A stretch of 64,000 nucleotides of DNA from the NCBI RefSeq assembly GCF_964355755.1, contig NC_092671.1, forward strand, positions 36,900,304 to 36,964,303, in the 5' to 3' direction. Source of the stretch: Antedon mediterranea (Eukaryota > Animalia > Echinodermata). The translations under genes were made by a program, and so were the position numbers. Under the pieces are notes generated by a model. It saw only the letters and a program-made list of their open reading frames with translations. It ran no database searches and was not told the DNA's origin. This document shows, piece by piece, positions 25,778-40,700 of this stretch (the stretch's first letter is position 1; each line of letters begins with the position of its first letter).

Positions 25778-28700
25778 TTATCTGAAACTTGACTGCGTGG
25801 ATAGTTGTGGGTCACGGCCAGAATTTCTAGCAGAAATGTTATCAGCATATTGTGAAGGTATTCTATTAATAGAGCTGTTTGAAGTGTTTAATAGTTTATT
25901 ATCACACGGTTTTGATTGTAACGAATTGGAATAGTAAGTCTTATCTTTCTGATTGTCTGAACTACTAGATTGTCCTTTCTCATGTCTTCTTGAACGAACT
26001 GTTATATTTCCACCAGTTTTACTTTGATCCGTATGACTTCTGGTGTTAAAAGACTTGATTGTCTGAGGAACACCAGCTTTTTGTGGTGAAGATGACATTG
26101 GTTTCTCTGGCATTGGGTTAAATTCTCTTGGGGACATTGACAAGGACTCCAAACTACCAAAATTGATATCACTCCTGTTTTTTTCTGATGAAGAATGTTT
26201 AGATGATTGAAGATGTCTTCTAGAATCTGTAGGATCAGATCTACGATGATTAAGCTCGCCATCTGTATCCAGAAAGCTGCTAAGACTAGACTCGCTGCTC
26301 CACTGTTTCTTTAAGTTGACAAGAGGTCTAGAAGATACTTTTGAATCGTGCTGATCTGCAATTGATGTCATTTGATTAGATTTTGAGGAAGATGTTTCAT
26401 GGTGATGCTGCCTCTCCAGACTTCTTGTGACACCCTCAGGATGGAAGTTTAAACTGGTTGTTTGTTGTGCTCTTTCTGGTGATAACTCCAGTGCACTAGC
26501 CATAGCTGCCAGTTTGTTTGCAGTACTTAGCATGGTTCCTGCACCATTGCTGAAATTACATAAAAATAAACTTAATATTACTCTATTATTGGTTAGATGT
26601 TTTACTACTCTGACACAAAACATAGCAAGTAATTTTTGGATGGACCCTGACTTCTAGATCACTACTCTATACCACCAAGCTTGGCCAAGTAACTTGACTA
26701 AGCAATTATCATATTATATGTGTGGTCAATATGACATGACCTTACCTTTGACCTTTTCTGTCATCTTCAAGGAGCTGTTGCAAACATTGCAGATAATACT
26801 TGCGAAGCTTCTTGGCCGTTGCGTGTCGTTCTTTGATAACCTCTTTGCGCACTGTTTCTCGACACTGCTCCCGTGTCTTCTCTACATGTTGTAGAACATC
26901 ATCTGATGTACAAAAGTAATGATAATTTTACGGTCAATTCTGAATGCATCGTTTCAAGTCTTAACATATTTTTTTGGATAAGCAATGTGTGTCAACATAC
27001 CTTTTATTTTGTTTACTGTTGCCAAGTAATGTGATCGGAGTTCTTGGAGTCCATCTGTTGCATCAGAAGGTGTATTCATTGTTTGCGTCTAAAATTATGA
27101 TAAATAACAAATACATTAGTTCCTCCTAAAGCTCTGTTTACACTATCAAATTTTATGTGAAATGTGATGTGCCCATATATGGACATGATGATGTCATATC
27201 ACTACCATATTTGGGCATATCACTACCATATTTGGGCATATCACTATTATATTTGGGCATATCACAACCCTATTTGAGTACATCACACCTTTTTGTCACA
27301 TAAAGTTTGGTAGTGTAGACAGAGCTTAAGTTTCATATAATATAAGTCAAGATAATAATAATTGGGGATGGGGGAATTAGGTTGAGTTTACAACTTCGTT
27401 TTACCATTTTTAGGCCCTGAGCTCCTCTACCCGCTATTTAAAAAAGTTTGATAGTGTAGATAGAGCTTAAGATTAATTATGTTTTAATTGATAAAAAAAG
27501 TTATAAAAAACAAACAAAAAATAAATACAATAAACAAACCTGAATACTGTTGTTAGAAACCTTAACGTGCTCCAAACGCCATCGTTTACGTTCTTGCGTA
27601 TGTTTTTTCTCCTGTGTGTCTATAGCAACTGTATGTCTTCGTTGTAATTCGGCCATTTTAGCTTGCATCGTCTCCATAGCAACTGATCCCTCACTTCTTA
27701 GCTGATCTTTTAGATGTTCTAACTCTTTGTTCATAGTGTACTCTGTCTGTTCTAACTCCTTTTCTGTCATTTTAAGCTTTCGTTGCAATCTTTGTCGTTC
27801 CAACTGTGCTTTTTCAATTAGTTTGTTATGCTCTCTTGTAAACTTTCTTTTATAACTTTCTACCTTCTCTTCCATCTTTTGTTTTGATTCCTCCGCTTCT
27901 TCTAATTTCAGAAGTAGTCTGTGTTTCTCTTCTTCCCAAGTGTCGTGTGCTAGGTTTGTTTTTCTTGAAGCATCATTATGATTCTAAGATGAAAAATTAA
28001 AAACATATATGAACACAATTAAATAAAATATATTTTCAATGTTGAATAAGAAGAAAAACTCTAGTTAGTGTTTGGTGCTCGTTGAAGGGATCAGCGTAAT
28101 TCAACTTTGAGTATGATGCTGGGCTATGTTCTATTTACCATATTATATTCTTTCTGAGTTTCTTCTTGTTGTTTAATAATTCTTTCTTTTTCTTTTTCAA
28201 GAGCATTCAATTGGTCAGTATACCTCTCTTCTAATGCTTGCCTTTCCTATTATTGAAAAACACATTTAAATAATGTGATGATTTGAATAATGTTATGTCA
28301 TATCACTACCATATTTAAGCATATCACAACCAAATTTGATAGCGTAGACAGAGCTTAATGAAAATTATGCAGTTTTTCACCTTTTGCCACCTAGCCTGCT
28401 CTTCATTAACCTTTTCTTCAACAGCATCTCGTTTACTAACACTCCATTCTTCCAAAAGTTTAGTTCTTAACTTTGCTTCAGAAATACTGTGTTCAAGATC
28501 CCTTTGTTTTAATATCTTTGTCTGAAAACAAATAAAAATCACCTGATAAAAAACTCATTAGCACTTATTTCAGATAAGGTATAAAGATTTAAAAGGTAGA
28601 AAGAACAATAAACACCAATTGATAGACAGAGAAATCAGTAAACACTACCTTCTCATTATCAAATGCCTCTCTTGCTGATTTCAGAGCTTCCGTCAGAACA

Positions 28701-31700
28701 ACCTTCTGTTCTTCCAAAGTCATCTGGAGACTATCATCATTATCTCTCCTAAGTCTATCCAGTGCATCCTGCTTTTCCTGATCTTTCCTCTTCTTCAGTG
28801 CTTCTATTTCCTGGTATTTCTTTTCCTCCAACACCTCCATTTCTCGTTTCCAGGATGTCTGTAGCTGTGACAACCGTCTGGAACTGTCCCTTGACCCATG
28901 AAGTTTTTCAATTTCTTGACTCCACTCCACTTTGGCAACCATCACTGCATCTTTGATTTTCTTTTGGACGTCTGAACTTCCTAGAATGCTTTCTCGTTCT
29001 TTCTCTAAGGCGCTGGCGACTAGTTCTTTGAGAGTGATCTCCTGTTTAGACTGCCATTCAGATTCTCCTCTAGACAATGCTGCCCTCACTGCAGATTCAA
29101 TCTCATCAGCATGAGTTGTCTTCAAAAGGTCTTTTTCTTGAGAAAGTTTCTGCTTATATTCTTCCATCACTTCTTTTCTTACTGAAGTAACTTTATCTTC
29201 TAGGTTTTTGTTGACTTCAGCTTCAAGCCTAGCCTCCCATTCAGCTTCGGCTGCTTTGGTTGCACTCTCTCTGGCCTGTCTCTGAGCTGACAACATCCAA
29301 TCAGCCTTTGCCAAAGATAACTAACAAAGACACAAGTAAAAATTCAAACAAAGGCACAATATTCCTTCTCTTCATTTCTTTTCCTTATTGTAAACCTTCT
29401 AGTTGTAGTAACATTGAAGCCGATTCCACTAGGCAAATTTGTTTATCAAAAGTGTCAGCTTATATGCCAGCGTAGAGAGGAATTTGGAAGATGGGAACAT
29501 GAATATGCATGCGTATAAGCTGACACTTTCAATTAACGGGAACAAATTTGCCTAGTCGAAATTCAGCTTTACTTGTCGAATCGGAAACAAGGTTCCAGAA
29601 GTTTTAATCTAACCAAAACCACAACAGAACTATTCCAATGAATAACCCACCTACATATGTAAACAATATGATTTGCACTGTTGGAGGGTTTGGTTATTTC
29701 ATTCCAGACATTTCTTACCTTTTCTTCTACCAATTTTTCAACTTCCTCATCCTTCACTTCCATAATCTTTTTCCGTGAGATTGCCATGGCAACACGATTG
29801 TCAGTTTCCAAAGAATTTTTTATATTATTCAATTTCTCTTCATTGTGTTTTTCAAGTTCTTCAATTGTCTACCAAAATGATAAGACGCATTTAATATTTA
29901 AAATATTATTTTATAGAAGGAGAGAAAAAGTTCTCAACAGGCTACTGAATGAAGTTTTGATTGTTGAGATGCTCGCCTACATATCCCAGGATCATACTGT
30001 AGGGTCAAATCCTGTCAGATAAAGAATTTGTTTATCTTGTCTTGTGAACAGGGTTACCTCATTTAAAGGACAATGAAGGAACTTTATGCCCAAATATGGT
30101 AGTGATAATATGCCCAAATATGGTAGTGATAATATGCCCAAATATGGTAGTAATATGACATCATCATGTGTCCATATATGGGCACATCACATTTTTTTGG
30201 TCACATAAAGTTTGATAGTGTTGACAGAGCTTTAGAGATATGCCTAAATTGAAAAAAGTAATATGACTACACAACAATTTTGTTTTACCTGCTTTAGTTG
30301 TCTTTCTGCATTTTCTGTCATCTTTGATCGTACTGTATCTTCAATTTTGTTTTTCTCCTCACAGACTTTGACATAAAGATCCTTGACATCATCTAATTCC
30401 TTTACTATTCTATCATTTTCTTCTCTGAAAAGAAAAAAAAAAGTTTTAATCACAGAATGAAGTTGTATAAATTCAATGTTGTTAAAGGTAAACAAAAACT
30501 AAGTGAATATTTCTATGTTTAACACTCACTTGAGTTGTTGAAGACGATGTCCATACGCTTCTTTGAGGGTTACTTTTTCATCTTCCCATTCTCTCACCAT
30601 CTCTTGTCGTAGGTTTTTTGATGAGTCCTCGTGAAGTTGAAGAACAGCTGTACGACATCTACGAAGAATGGCATAAGATTGAAATAAAAATTGTGAGATA
30701 TGTAAGATAGAGGACACAGAAATACCAAAATTTCACGAACAAGTTAATTTACGGTAATAATAAACAACAAAGGTAATCTTTCCTCAAGGTCTGTCGTCTA
30801 CACTGTGATGTGCCCATATATGGACGGACATGATGATGTCATATCACTACCATATTTAGGCATATCACTACTATATTTGGGCACATCACACTTTTTTGTC
30901 AAACTAGTTTGATAGTGTAGACAGAGCTTAAGGAGTTCTTCAATAGAACCAGAAGGAAAACTATTTATTATTATCAAAACACAGATTTCATTTCTTTACG
31001 AGTGTCTACTGTAAAGCTCTACACTATCAAACTAGTTTAACAAAAAAAGTGTGATGTGCCCAAATATGGTAGTAGTATGCTTAAATATGATAGTGATATG
31101 ACATCATCATGTCCATATATGGGCACATCACATTTAGTTGTCACATAAAGTTTGATAGTGTAGACAGAGCTTAAAGTATTACCTGTCAACAGCCGTTTTG
31201 CTATCTTCATCATGTTGCGTAATCATCTCAGACATCTGAATCTTCAGCTCTGCATTCTTTTTGGACAACTCTTCCGTCTTCTTCTCCAGTTCTTGCAAAG
31301 ATGATTTTAGCTTCTATAAAGAAAAACAATTTCTAATAATAATCAATTTTATTCTCCAGGTGGAATGCCATCCTGAGATGAAAGCGCATTGTCTTTTTCA
31401 TTTCGGAATACCATGATGGCATATCCATAGCAAAAAAGAAGCTTAATCTAAGAAATCATTGTACTGATAACCAAAAAAAAAACAAAAAGGATTGAGGTTG
31501 TACAGAATAACTGTCAAAATATATAAAGTCAGTGCAACACGGCATTTCACTGTATGTGCATTCTTGACACTTTAAGAACGTGGCGATTAATGGCCATGAT
31601 CAAAGAATTACTACTTGCGTTCTTGTTGTAATTAGTCAGTACAGTTTTTTTTAATGTATACATAATTTTACTTTCTATGAACCAGAGATCCCGAAATAAA

Positions 31701-34700
31701 AGATTGAATGAATGATTATTATAATTCAAATGTTCACAATATGCTCATGGGTCGTTTTGGGAGAGTAACGCCCGTATTCTTAAACCGGACTTTAGTCGTA
31801 GTTCGAGCTAAAACTAAAAAAATGACGTCATTTTAATTCATAAACCGAACTTCAACTAAATCACCGACTAAATCAGGCCAACCTCGACTAAATCGAGACG
31901 GATTTTGATTGATTTTTTTAGTCCTGGAGGGGGCAGACTAAATGGTCGACTAAATGGTTTTTAAACGATGTTTATAAAAAACGTAACAGTCATTGAGTTA
32001 TTATATTGGCCAGATATTGAAGAATGAAATATCTATATTTATATTAGCTTAATTAAATATACATTGGTATAAATTATAATAATGAAAATCATCTTTATTT
32101 ACAACTGTATACAAATTACATTATTTTCTTCGCGCAAGTCCGACTTGAGCTACGTCACGCCATAGCGACAATGGGAGATGTGGCAATTCACCACGAGATG
32201 GAATGTTTAGGGGGCCTAGCGCTTTCTTGTCACGCTATGAAGTGCGTGGTTCGTGGCGATCATACTTTGTTGGGGGCCTAGAAAATATAAAAGTTACCGT
32301 ACCGCCATGGTTCCTAAATATATTTTTAAGATTTTATTTGTTGTTAATCAAATATACTTCACTGTTAAATTAATACTGATATTGTTCTAATATTTAACGA
32401 TTACAATTATTTTTCATGTATATAGTATATAAAATACAAAAAAAAAATACAATATAGTCCTGTGCGTAAAAAGTGTTGTAAGAAATGGAAAGTGATATCA
32501 ATGCGCAAAATTTCGTCTGCTCCTCAAATACTCTCTTGTCATTGGCCAATGTATAGCCTTTGTTACCCAGACGTGTGCAACTCGACTAAAAGCTCGACTT
32601 CATTAAGTCAAACTGCAAACTTCGACTACTTCGTTTTTGAATCGAATTTGAAGTAATAGCTCGAACTACGACTTTTCCAAGTCGAACTTCGAACTACGAC
32701 TAAAGTCCGGTTTAAGAATACGGGCGTTAATTTCACAGTTTATATTTTCACATTAAAATTTTATGAATAAACGTATTTGTGTTGGTTTGTATTTGTATAT
32801 AAATAATTAGAACTAACAGCGTTTTCTTCTCCGAGTTGAGCACACTCTTCTTTAGTCTGAATTAGCTCAGAACGTAGATTTTCAGCTTGAACACGGCTGC
32901 CATCATTTGGTTTATCTTGAGATTCAAATATCCTTAGTTTAATCTGAAATCAAACAATTCATAGTTCGTTTATAAATAGAATTTAAAATAGTTTTTAGTC
33001 TGTACTCCATATTGGATTGTATCTCACAGCACTGATCTGTATATGAGACAAATGCCTTAAGTCTTTTGGTAGTGAGTGAGTGACCGAGCAGTAAAGACAA
33101 TGAAACCGTAATTACGTAGCCATAACATCGGCAAGTGTTCGAGGCTCACTCTCTCCGTAGTTCTGGTGGTAGAACGAGTCTTCTCGGATAAGGAAGAGTA
33201 GGGGGTTACCCAGATGTACTAGTACACACACAGCCACTGATCATAACTGGGCTGTCTGGAAAAACCAGTCTTTGACGGAGGTTACCCAGTATAAATAAAT
33301 AAATAACAAATTCAAAGCAAACTAGTTTACTACATTACACTACAGGTCAACAACTCATCTAAAACAAGGTGACCTTTAACACAATAATGAACAATTACCT
33401 CCTTGTCTTTTAGTTCTGTTTCCATCTCAATAATATTTTTCTTTAAATTCGCCAATTCTTCTTTGACACCTTTCAGTTCATTTTGTAATCGTGTCACTTG
33501 ACCTCGCTTTGACCTATTACTGGTCAATGACCTCTCAAGTTCGGTTTTTAAACCAGACAGTAAATCATCAGGCGCCAGCTTAGATGATCTGAGAAAATGA
33601 GATAAAATAAAATAATATCCGATACACTGTATAAATATAACTATATGAAACAATTGTGAAAAATGTTTTTTGAATTGAAAACAACAAAATATGAGTGCAT
33701 ACTGTAACAATCTAGGAGTTTTCCAGTTTTCTTTGGCAAGATTGCGTTGAATGTACGAGTCTCCAGCAGAACCGTTAGGAGACTTGGAAGGACCAACCCC
33801 AAGACCAGCAGCAGCTTCATACATCCTTAACTCCTCTTTGACATCACCCAGTTCATCTTGCAGAGCCTGGCACATGCTCTCCGTGATGGTCTTGGATGAT
33901 ATGGCTTGCTGCAGATGTAGCTTCAGTTGTCCAATCTCTTGCACAGAACCTAGTACAGAAAGTAGTAAAAATTTTTTTTTTTTTTCATATATTTAGGCAA
34001 ATTGCCAAGGATAACCATAAGCGAATTCGTTCACTATCCTTTTTAAAGGTGGAAATAATGTTCACAAGACAAACATATACACAAGATGCTCTACACAAAG
34101 TCTTATTTAGTAATTTATCATTTAAAAAAAATCCTGACATATGACTTGAACGCGGGACCATTGGATTTGTAGTCAAGCATCATAACCACCAACCACAACT
34201 CCACTCTGAATGTTGTTGTATGCAATAAATCTATATTTTACTTAATTCTAAAAAAACTGTAATGATAATAATAACAATCAGATTTTAAGATTTACATCTA
34301 CTGAGTGATTAGTTTGATTTATTTATTTTTTATTTCCTATGCATCCAACAGTACAGCATACAACTAGTAACTCGCCAATTACAGGATGGTTAAACTATTT
34401 AATAATTGACCATGCTTATAAACTTATTTAAAGTCTCATTTAAGGCTTAGGAGTGGAGTTGAAAGAGTCGTGAGTTACAACCCTGGCACAGGTCAGGATT
34501 GAACCCTGGACCTTGGAATTGGAAGGCAAGCATGTTAACCACCAAGCTACAGTTCCAGAACTAAACTAACAATTACAAACAAAATATCACAAATACCAGT
34601 GTCCAAAAGATCTCTGCACTGTCTTTGGGTTTCATCCAGCTTCCTGGTGAGTGAACCGATTGTCTCAGTCATTTCCAACTTTTCTCTGTTTTGATCTCGT

Positions 34701-37700
34701 TTCAACTGACCTAACACTTCTTTTTGGGATGATAGTTCACTCTCCTGTTTAAGAACAAAATTAAATATTAATAAAATGTATTGGAGACTACTAAAACCTT
34801 TGTGTAATCTGCTACCAGTGTCATAGGCCTAGCCAAGGAAGAGCAATTTTGTGGAGTGTCTGGTAGTATCTATCATTTTTTTTGTTATAGAACTGTGGGT
34901 TTTTTTATTATTTTCTTGTGTTATTATTGCAAACTTATTAAAGGTGAATACAAATGAATAAAGCTCTGTCTGCATTATCAAACTAGTTTGACAAAAAAAG
35001 TGTGATGTTTCCAAATATGGTAATATGGTATGGTGATAGTAATATGGCATCATCCATGTCCATATATGCGCACATCACATTTTGTTGTCACATAAAGTTT
35101 GATAGTGTAGACAGAGCTTAACAGACCACTCGTATTATTATTCTGCATTGTGTGTGATAGAACAACTCGACTCGACGAAATATTGGGTCAACTTAAAAGG
35201 AGCTATGACCTGAATTAGATGTTTATTTGATTACCTTTTCCTGTAAGGATCCATTAAGTTTGTCCAGTTTTGTTTCAAATTCATAAACTTCTTGCTGTTG
35301 CCTTCTCTGCAACTCGGCTAATTGAGCGTCATACCGATCATGTGACCTGGCGATTGTCTGTGATTTGTTAAGTTGAATGAGTTGATGGTTTAGGGCCTCG
35401 TTGTTGGCTTTTAGTTCTTCTAAATCATTTGCAAGCTATAAAAAAAGCACAAAAAGTATAAAATAAGTAAAGAAATTGTTTATATTTGGGAAATACATCA
35501 ATATGCTTTATCAATATATTAAAGGTAATTGTTTTGTAGAGTTGTGGATAACTATACGGTAAGTACACTACGTAACAAAACACATTAATTTAAATCTTCT
35601 AATACAAATACAAAGAAAATAAAGTTAAAGATATATTGTCCCTCTAAAAAATTTTTTTTCCAAATTTTTTTTTGAATATGTCATTTTAATGTCACATAAT
35701 AGTTATTCACTTCTTTTTTGTAGTTTTAATAATGTCATATAATAATTTTTTTTTACAGAAGTGAATAACTTTATTAAAACTAAAAAATGGCCTATTTAAA
35801 GTCTGATTTTATAATCTTCATTTTTCATGTTTTTGGAGGACAATACATGTTTAAATAAAATAATCAATTAATATAACTGTTCCTACTTGTTGTTTGCTTG
35901 CCATAAGCTCCTGTATGTTCTCTTCATATGTGTTTATTGTCTGTTTCAGGTTTTTGCTATCATGAACACATTTCTGAAATTGTTCTTTGTTTTGCTTCAG
36001 ATCTAAATTCAAGCGGGACTTCTCACCTAATAACATAAATATATTGTTAAACAAATAAATAATTTAAAAACTCTAATAATGTTAAGCGCTTAGAAGCTTT
36101 GTGCAATAAACGCTATATAAGAGTATTATTATTTATCATAAGAAAAGATGCATTGATTGATGATTGATAGTCATGTCTATCACAGAGGTTGTATTTAACT
36201 ACTTTACAATCTGAACAGAATTCAACTAGAGAAAGGGTTTTGAGATTATAGTCAACCAAACTCTCTAAAAACTGGAAACTCACCCAAACTAGATTTTTCC
36301 TGAGGTTCAAAAGGTCTCAAATTCTTTTTTTTTTAACCATTAAAACACATTCCGAATACCTGAATTTCCAGAAAACCAGACATATTAAGTAAGCCAAATG
36401 GTGTCCGGTATCAAAGAACTTATCACAAGAATCTCCTGTTCGTCCGAAGCGCGTAACAATTTCGAAAGGCATTGTGGGATAGAATAGATCTAATGGGTGG
36501 CGCCATGGCACGCCCTCATCAAATTAGAAAGTCAAAATCATAGAGGGGATCTGCTAATACTATAGGGGGGATAGAGTAATTGACTGAGCCCTCTATTGGA
36601 ATCAATAGTTTTGACTTCCTAGTTTGGAGGAGGCACTGCTCCATGCTGTGAAATGGCGACGCCCAGTTTGACCTTTTAACCCTGTACTTCTGATACTGTG
36701 TTTTGAATGCAAATTGATTCTTGTGTTATAAGTTCTTTGCCGGTATTGAAAGAACGGACTGTATAAGACGCAGGATGATGAAATGACCAGTAATAACTTG
36801 CAGCCATGGGCTGCTAAAACTAGCATATCATCAAATAATTAAAAGCTTATTCTCACCATCAGCTATAGCAAGTTGATGATTTAGCACTCGTGTTTGCCTA
36901 GCCCCTTCCTCTGTCACTTGCTTCAGTTTCTGACGCAACTCCTCAAGCTCTCTGCCTCTTGCTTTGTATAAGATCTGTAGCTGGCCTAGCTGCCTCGTAT
37001 CATTACTACCACCTGTGTAACAAATTTAGCTCATTTACATATTTGGTCATCAGAATGCATAGTGAATCAATTAACATGAATTACTGTATTAATAGTCCAA
37101 TTATGGTCTAGGAGTATCCTAGGAGCTTTTCATATCTAAGCCCTCCCTCTGGACAGCATGGCCGATTGTCGGTTTATCCTGGTAAGCTCGGCATGAAATA
37201 GACATTTTGATTTAAAAATACCTTGATTCATGAATTGCTGTAGCCTAATCTCCTCTTCTTGTACACTATTTACACCCCCATTTTCAGAATGGACTTGTCC
37301 ATTGTGATCTGCATAGTTCTGTGGGTAGTTTTCTTCCTGATGTGGTTTATATTCCACATGCTGGGTATACGTTTGTTGTCTCATGTAACCATCTGATAGC
37401 TTATTATGTGGTTCATAATATTGTCCATTTTTCACCCACGTGTCCACATTCTTCCCTGTTTGACGTTGCTTGTTATTGTGTGCAAACTCTTCATTACTGT
37501 TGTCATTTTTCTGAACATCTTCCTCGTGCTCCTGTGTCGCACGATAGTGAAACTTGTGGTGATACTCTGGTTGTTCATTTGTATACTGTTGTTCATGATG
37601 GTTGGCAAAGTTGTTGCCAAAGTGGTGATTGTCGTGGTAGCCATTTTGAACAGGTCGACTTAGATCTCCTGATTCTGTGTCACTCTCTTCAAAATGATCA

Positions 37701-40700
37701 GGTGTATCAGGCTATAATTATAAATAACAATTTTAATTGAATACTTTGAATTTGTTATTTATTTTATTTATACTTGGTAACCTCTTCAGTCAAAGACTGG
37801 TCTCCCAGAGGGCCCAGTTATGATCAGTGACTGTGATGTATTAGTACACCGTGTAAACCCCCTACTCATCTCTAAGGATGTACTAGGTTCTTCTAAGTGA
37901 ACATGAACTAGATGTGTACACTAGACCTACGGTTTATAGTCCTTATCCGAGAAGTAGTTGATTACTTAGCTCATGATGTTTAAAAAAAAATAATTTAAAA
38001 TTTTGTGTAATGCAAGGATGGTGAACGTTCGACGAAACCAACCTATGATGTGAGTCATATATACAATGTCTCTCTCAACTACTAAATTCTGAACATTATT
38101 ATTATTACATTATTTTGTACAATATCTAATGATCACAGGTGACCAACCTGATGTAACCTGTAATCTCGTGTCGGTGCTGGGGGTTTCAACGAGGGCACAC
38201 CACTATCAAATGGAGTTGATGTATGGGTCAAAGGTTGAGTATGGGTCAAAGGTTGATTTTGATGATGCCATCCAAACTGTTGCCACATTGGGTTTCTAAT
38301 GCAATAGAAAATAATTTTATTTACATTTTTTAATTCAATTCAATTCATTTGAAACATTTTAATATAAAAAAAAAACAGATATTGTTAATTTGAGTCAGTA
38401 ATACTATATATTCAATGTGGTAGGTACAATTGATATTGCATAACCTATAAAATGTATTTTATGTTTACACTAATACAGTATAAGATAAACATAATTATCT
38501 CTAAGTACCACTGTACCAACATGGCCAATGTTTGATAACCATTTAGCCTACATTACAGTAAGTTGCTTTTAGTGGTCTGGTTTTAGGCTGCAAATAAGTA
38601 TTGTGCAAGAATTTTAAATGTAATTACCTACTACTCTTCGTTGTTGGCGATTCAAATCCGGAGGAATCACGTGACGAGAGAGATGAGCAATCATCAAGTA
38701 GATCATCTGGAAGTTCATTGGACAAGAGATCATGTAACTGTAAAAAAATATACATTTAAAAAAAACAATAAAATCACAAAAAATATCAATTCTTACCTTG
38801 CAGTATGACTCCATTTTTGTCTTCTGTACTGTAAATGGTTACCTTTAACTCCATTCTTGTCATTAAAACAAAACGCCAATACAAAAAACTTGTCTTACCT
38901 TGTGGAGAAGGTGCTCAATTTCCACAACATCCTCAACCGTGGGAGGATCGCTATCCAACTCACTAAACATACTGACCTGTGTTAGCGACCATTAGGTTTT
39001 TAGAGCAACGTTTTGTCATGTTATGAGATGTGTAGGTCTGTTTAGTAGAGTAATTAAATTCAGAGTCTTACAAACACACAAACATCCTGTCTGTCAGCTA
39101 TGAATAAAAAAAAGTATTTTGAGGACTAGAATTCTATTTTAAGGTCAGAATTTACTCAGACCAGTTGAATAAGAAATGTCATTAAATATCTATTTAGACG
39201 CGACAATGATAAAACCTTGCTGCCTAATAACATACTTAGTAAATAGGTTCATAATCTTGTAACAGGAATTTTAATTGCTCATTTTATAGATTATAGGTTT
39301 GTTTACAAATATATCTTATCAGATTTTATGTACAGCAAAACATAGTCCTAAAATAAATAATAATTGCACATCATGTGGCGTACTGTAGGCACTGCTGAAA
39401 ATCACTAGAATATGAACTTCAAACAATGTCAGACCAAACGATGCAAAAAATATATGCAGGGATGATTGTGTACATAAACGTACAAATAATACACAAAGCA
39501 TAGTTTTGAGGAATTAATGCAATTATAGAAAATACACTGAAAATTATAGAGGAAAAGAATAGGAGGAAAATCTGCTGGAAAGTGAACTTTTACTGAAGAA
39601 CTTAAAAAACAAATATAACCATTTGTTGAAAATCAATCGTAATAAAGAAGTCTACACTATCAAACTTCATGTGATAAATAAATGTGATGTACCCATATAT
39701 GGACATGATGATGTCATATCACTACCATATTAAGCATCCACTACCATATTTGGGCACATCATACTTTTCTGTCAAACTAGTATGATAGTGTAGACAGAGC
39801 TTTACACTTGAAATCTATTGTATCAATTACATGTATAAAAAATGAATGATGAAATTCTAAATGAAAGAGTGACGACAACAAATAAATACATAAACATTTT
39901 CTTGAATGTTTGTTACAAAATATATCAATGAAAAAACATTCTGAATGTGATTTCTGAAATATTTAGCAAATTAAATGTGTTTACTTAACAAAAACAAAGA
40001 TATGGCAAAATTGGAAAGGGAAGGATTAATTTGTCACCTAAACAAAAAGAGTAACCTTTACCTTTTGTTTTCTAAACAATTAAAACTATAATCTCTTCCT
40101 AGAACCCCTGCTAAAGTTAAACCTTTCCTAGAAATAACAATTGGAACTTGCTGTGTCCATCATCATCTGACTTTAAGTTGTAATTATAGAGTATTTATTA
40201 TAATAAAAGGTTCAGATCATTTTGAGTGATTGGCAGATGGGTGTTAGTACAAATCAATTGATGATGAATTCATGTTGTGATAATGAAACCAGTCTTGTTC
40301 TAATTGCCTGCTATGCTTTGGTCAGTTTCTAAACTGACCACACTACTTGATCTTTTTATGACATTGGATTAGACATTGGGATGTTTAACTTGCCTTGAGT
40401 AGCACTTATATTAAAAATGTTACCGTGAATTGTTCAAAAATATTATTTTTTTCAATGACCAAACTTTTCAAAAAAATTTTGACAGCACGATTTCATGTAG
40501 GGCACGCAGCTTTGACATCACATCTTCATGTATGGCACGAAGTTTTGACAGTACAATTTCATGTATGGCATGCAGCTTTGACAGTACAATTTCATGTATG
40601 GCACGCAGCTTTAACAGCACAATTCCATGATGTTTGGCACACAGCTTTAACAGCACAATTCCATGTATGGCATGCAGCTTTGACAGTACAATTTCATGTA

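Noticed and set aside
36539-36598. CATAGAGGG...CCCTCTATTG as a third P-type scar
   Set aside because: The arms are imperfect and no flanking duplication could be found.
36602-36826. 74-aa minus-strand ORF just after CEP152 exon 5
   Set aside because: No recognisable homology and no splice sites linking it in frame. CEP152 exons 5 and 6 join correctly without it.
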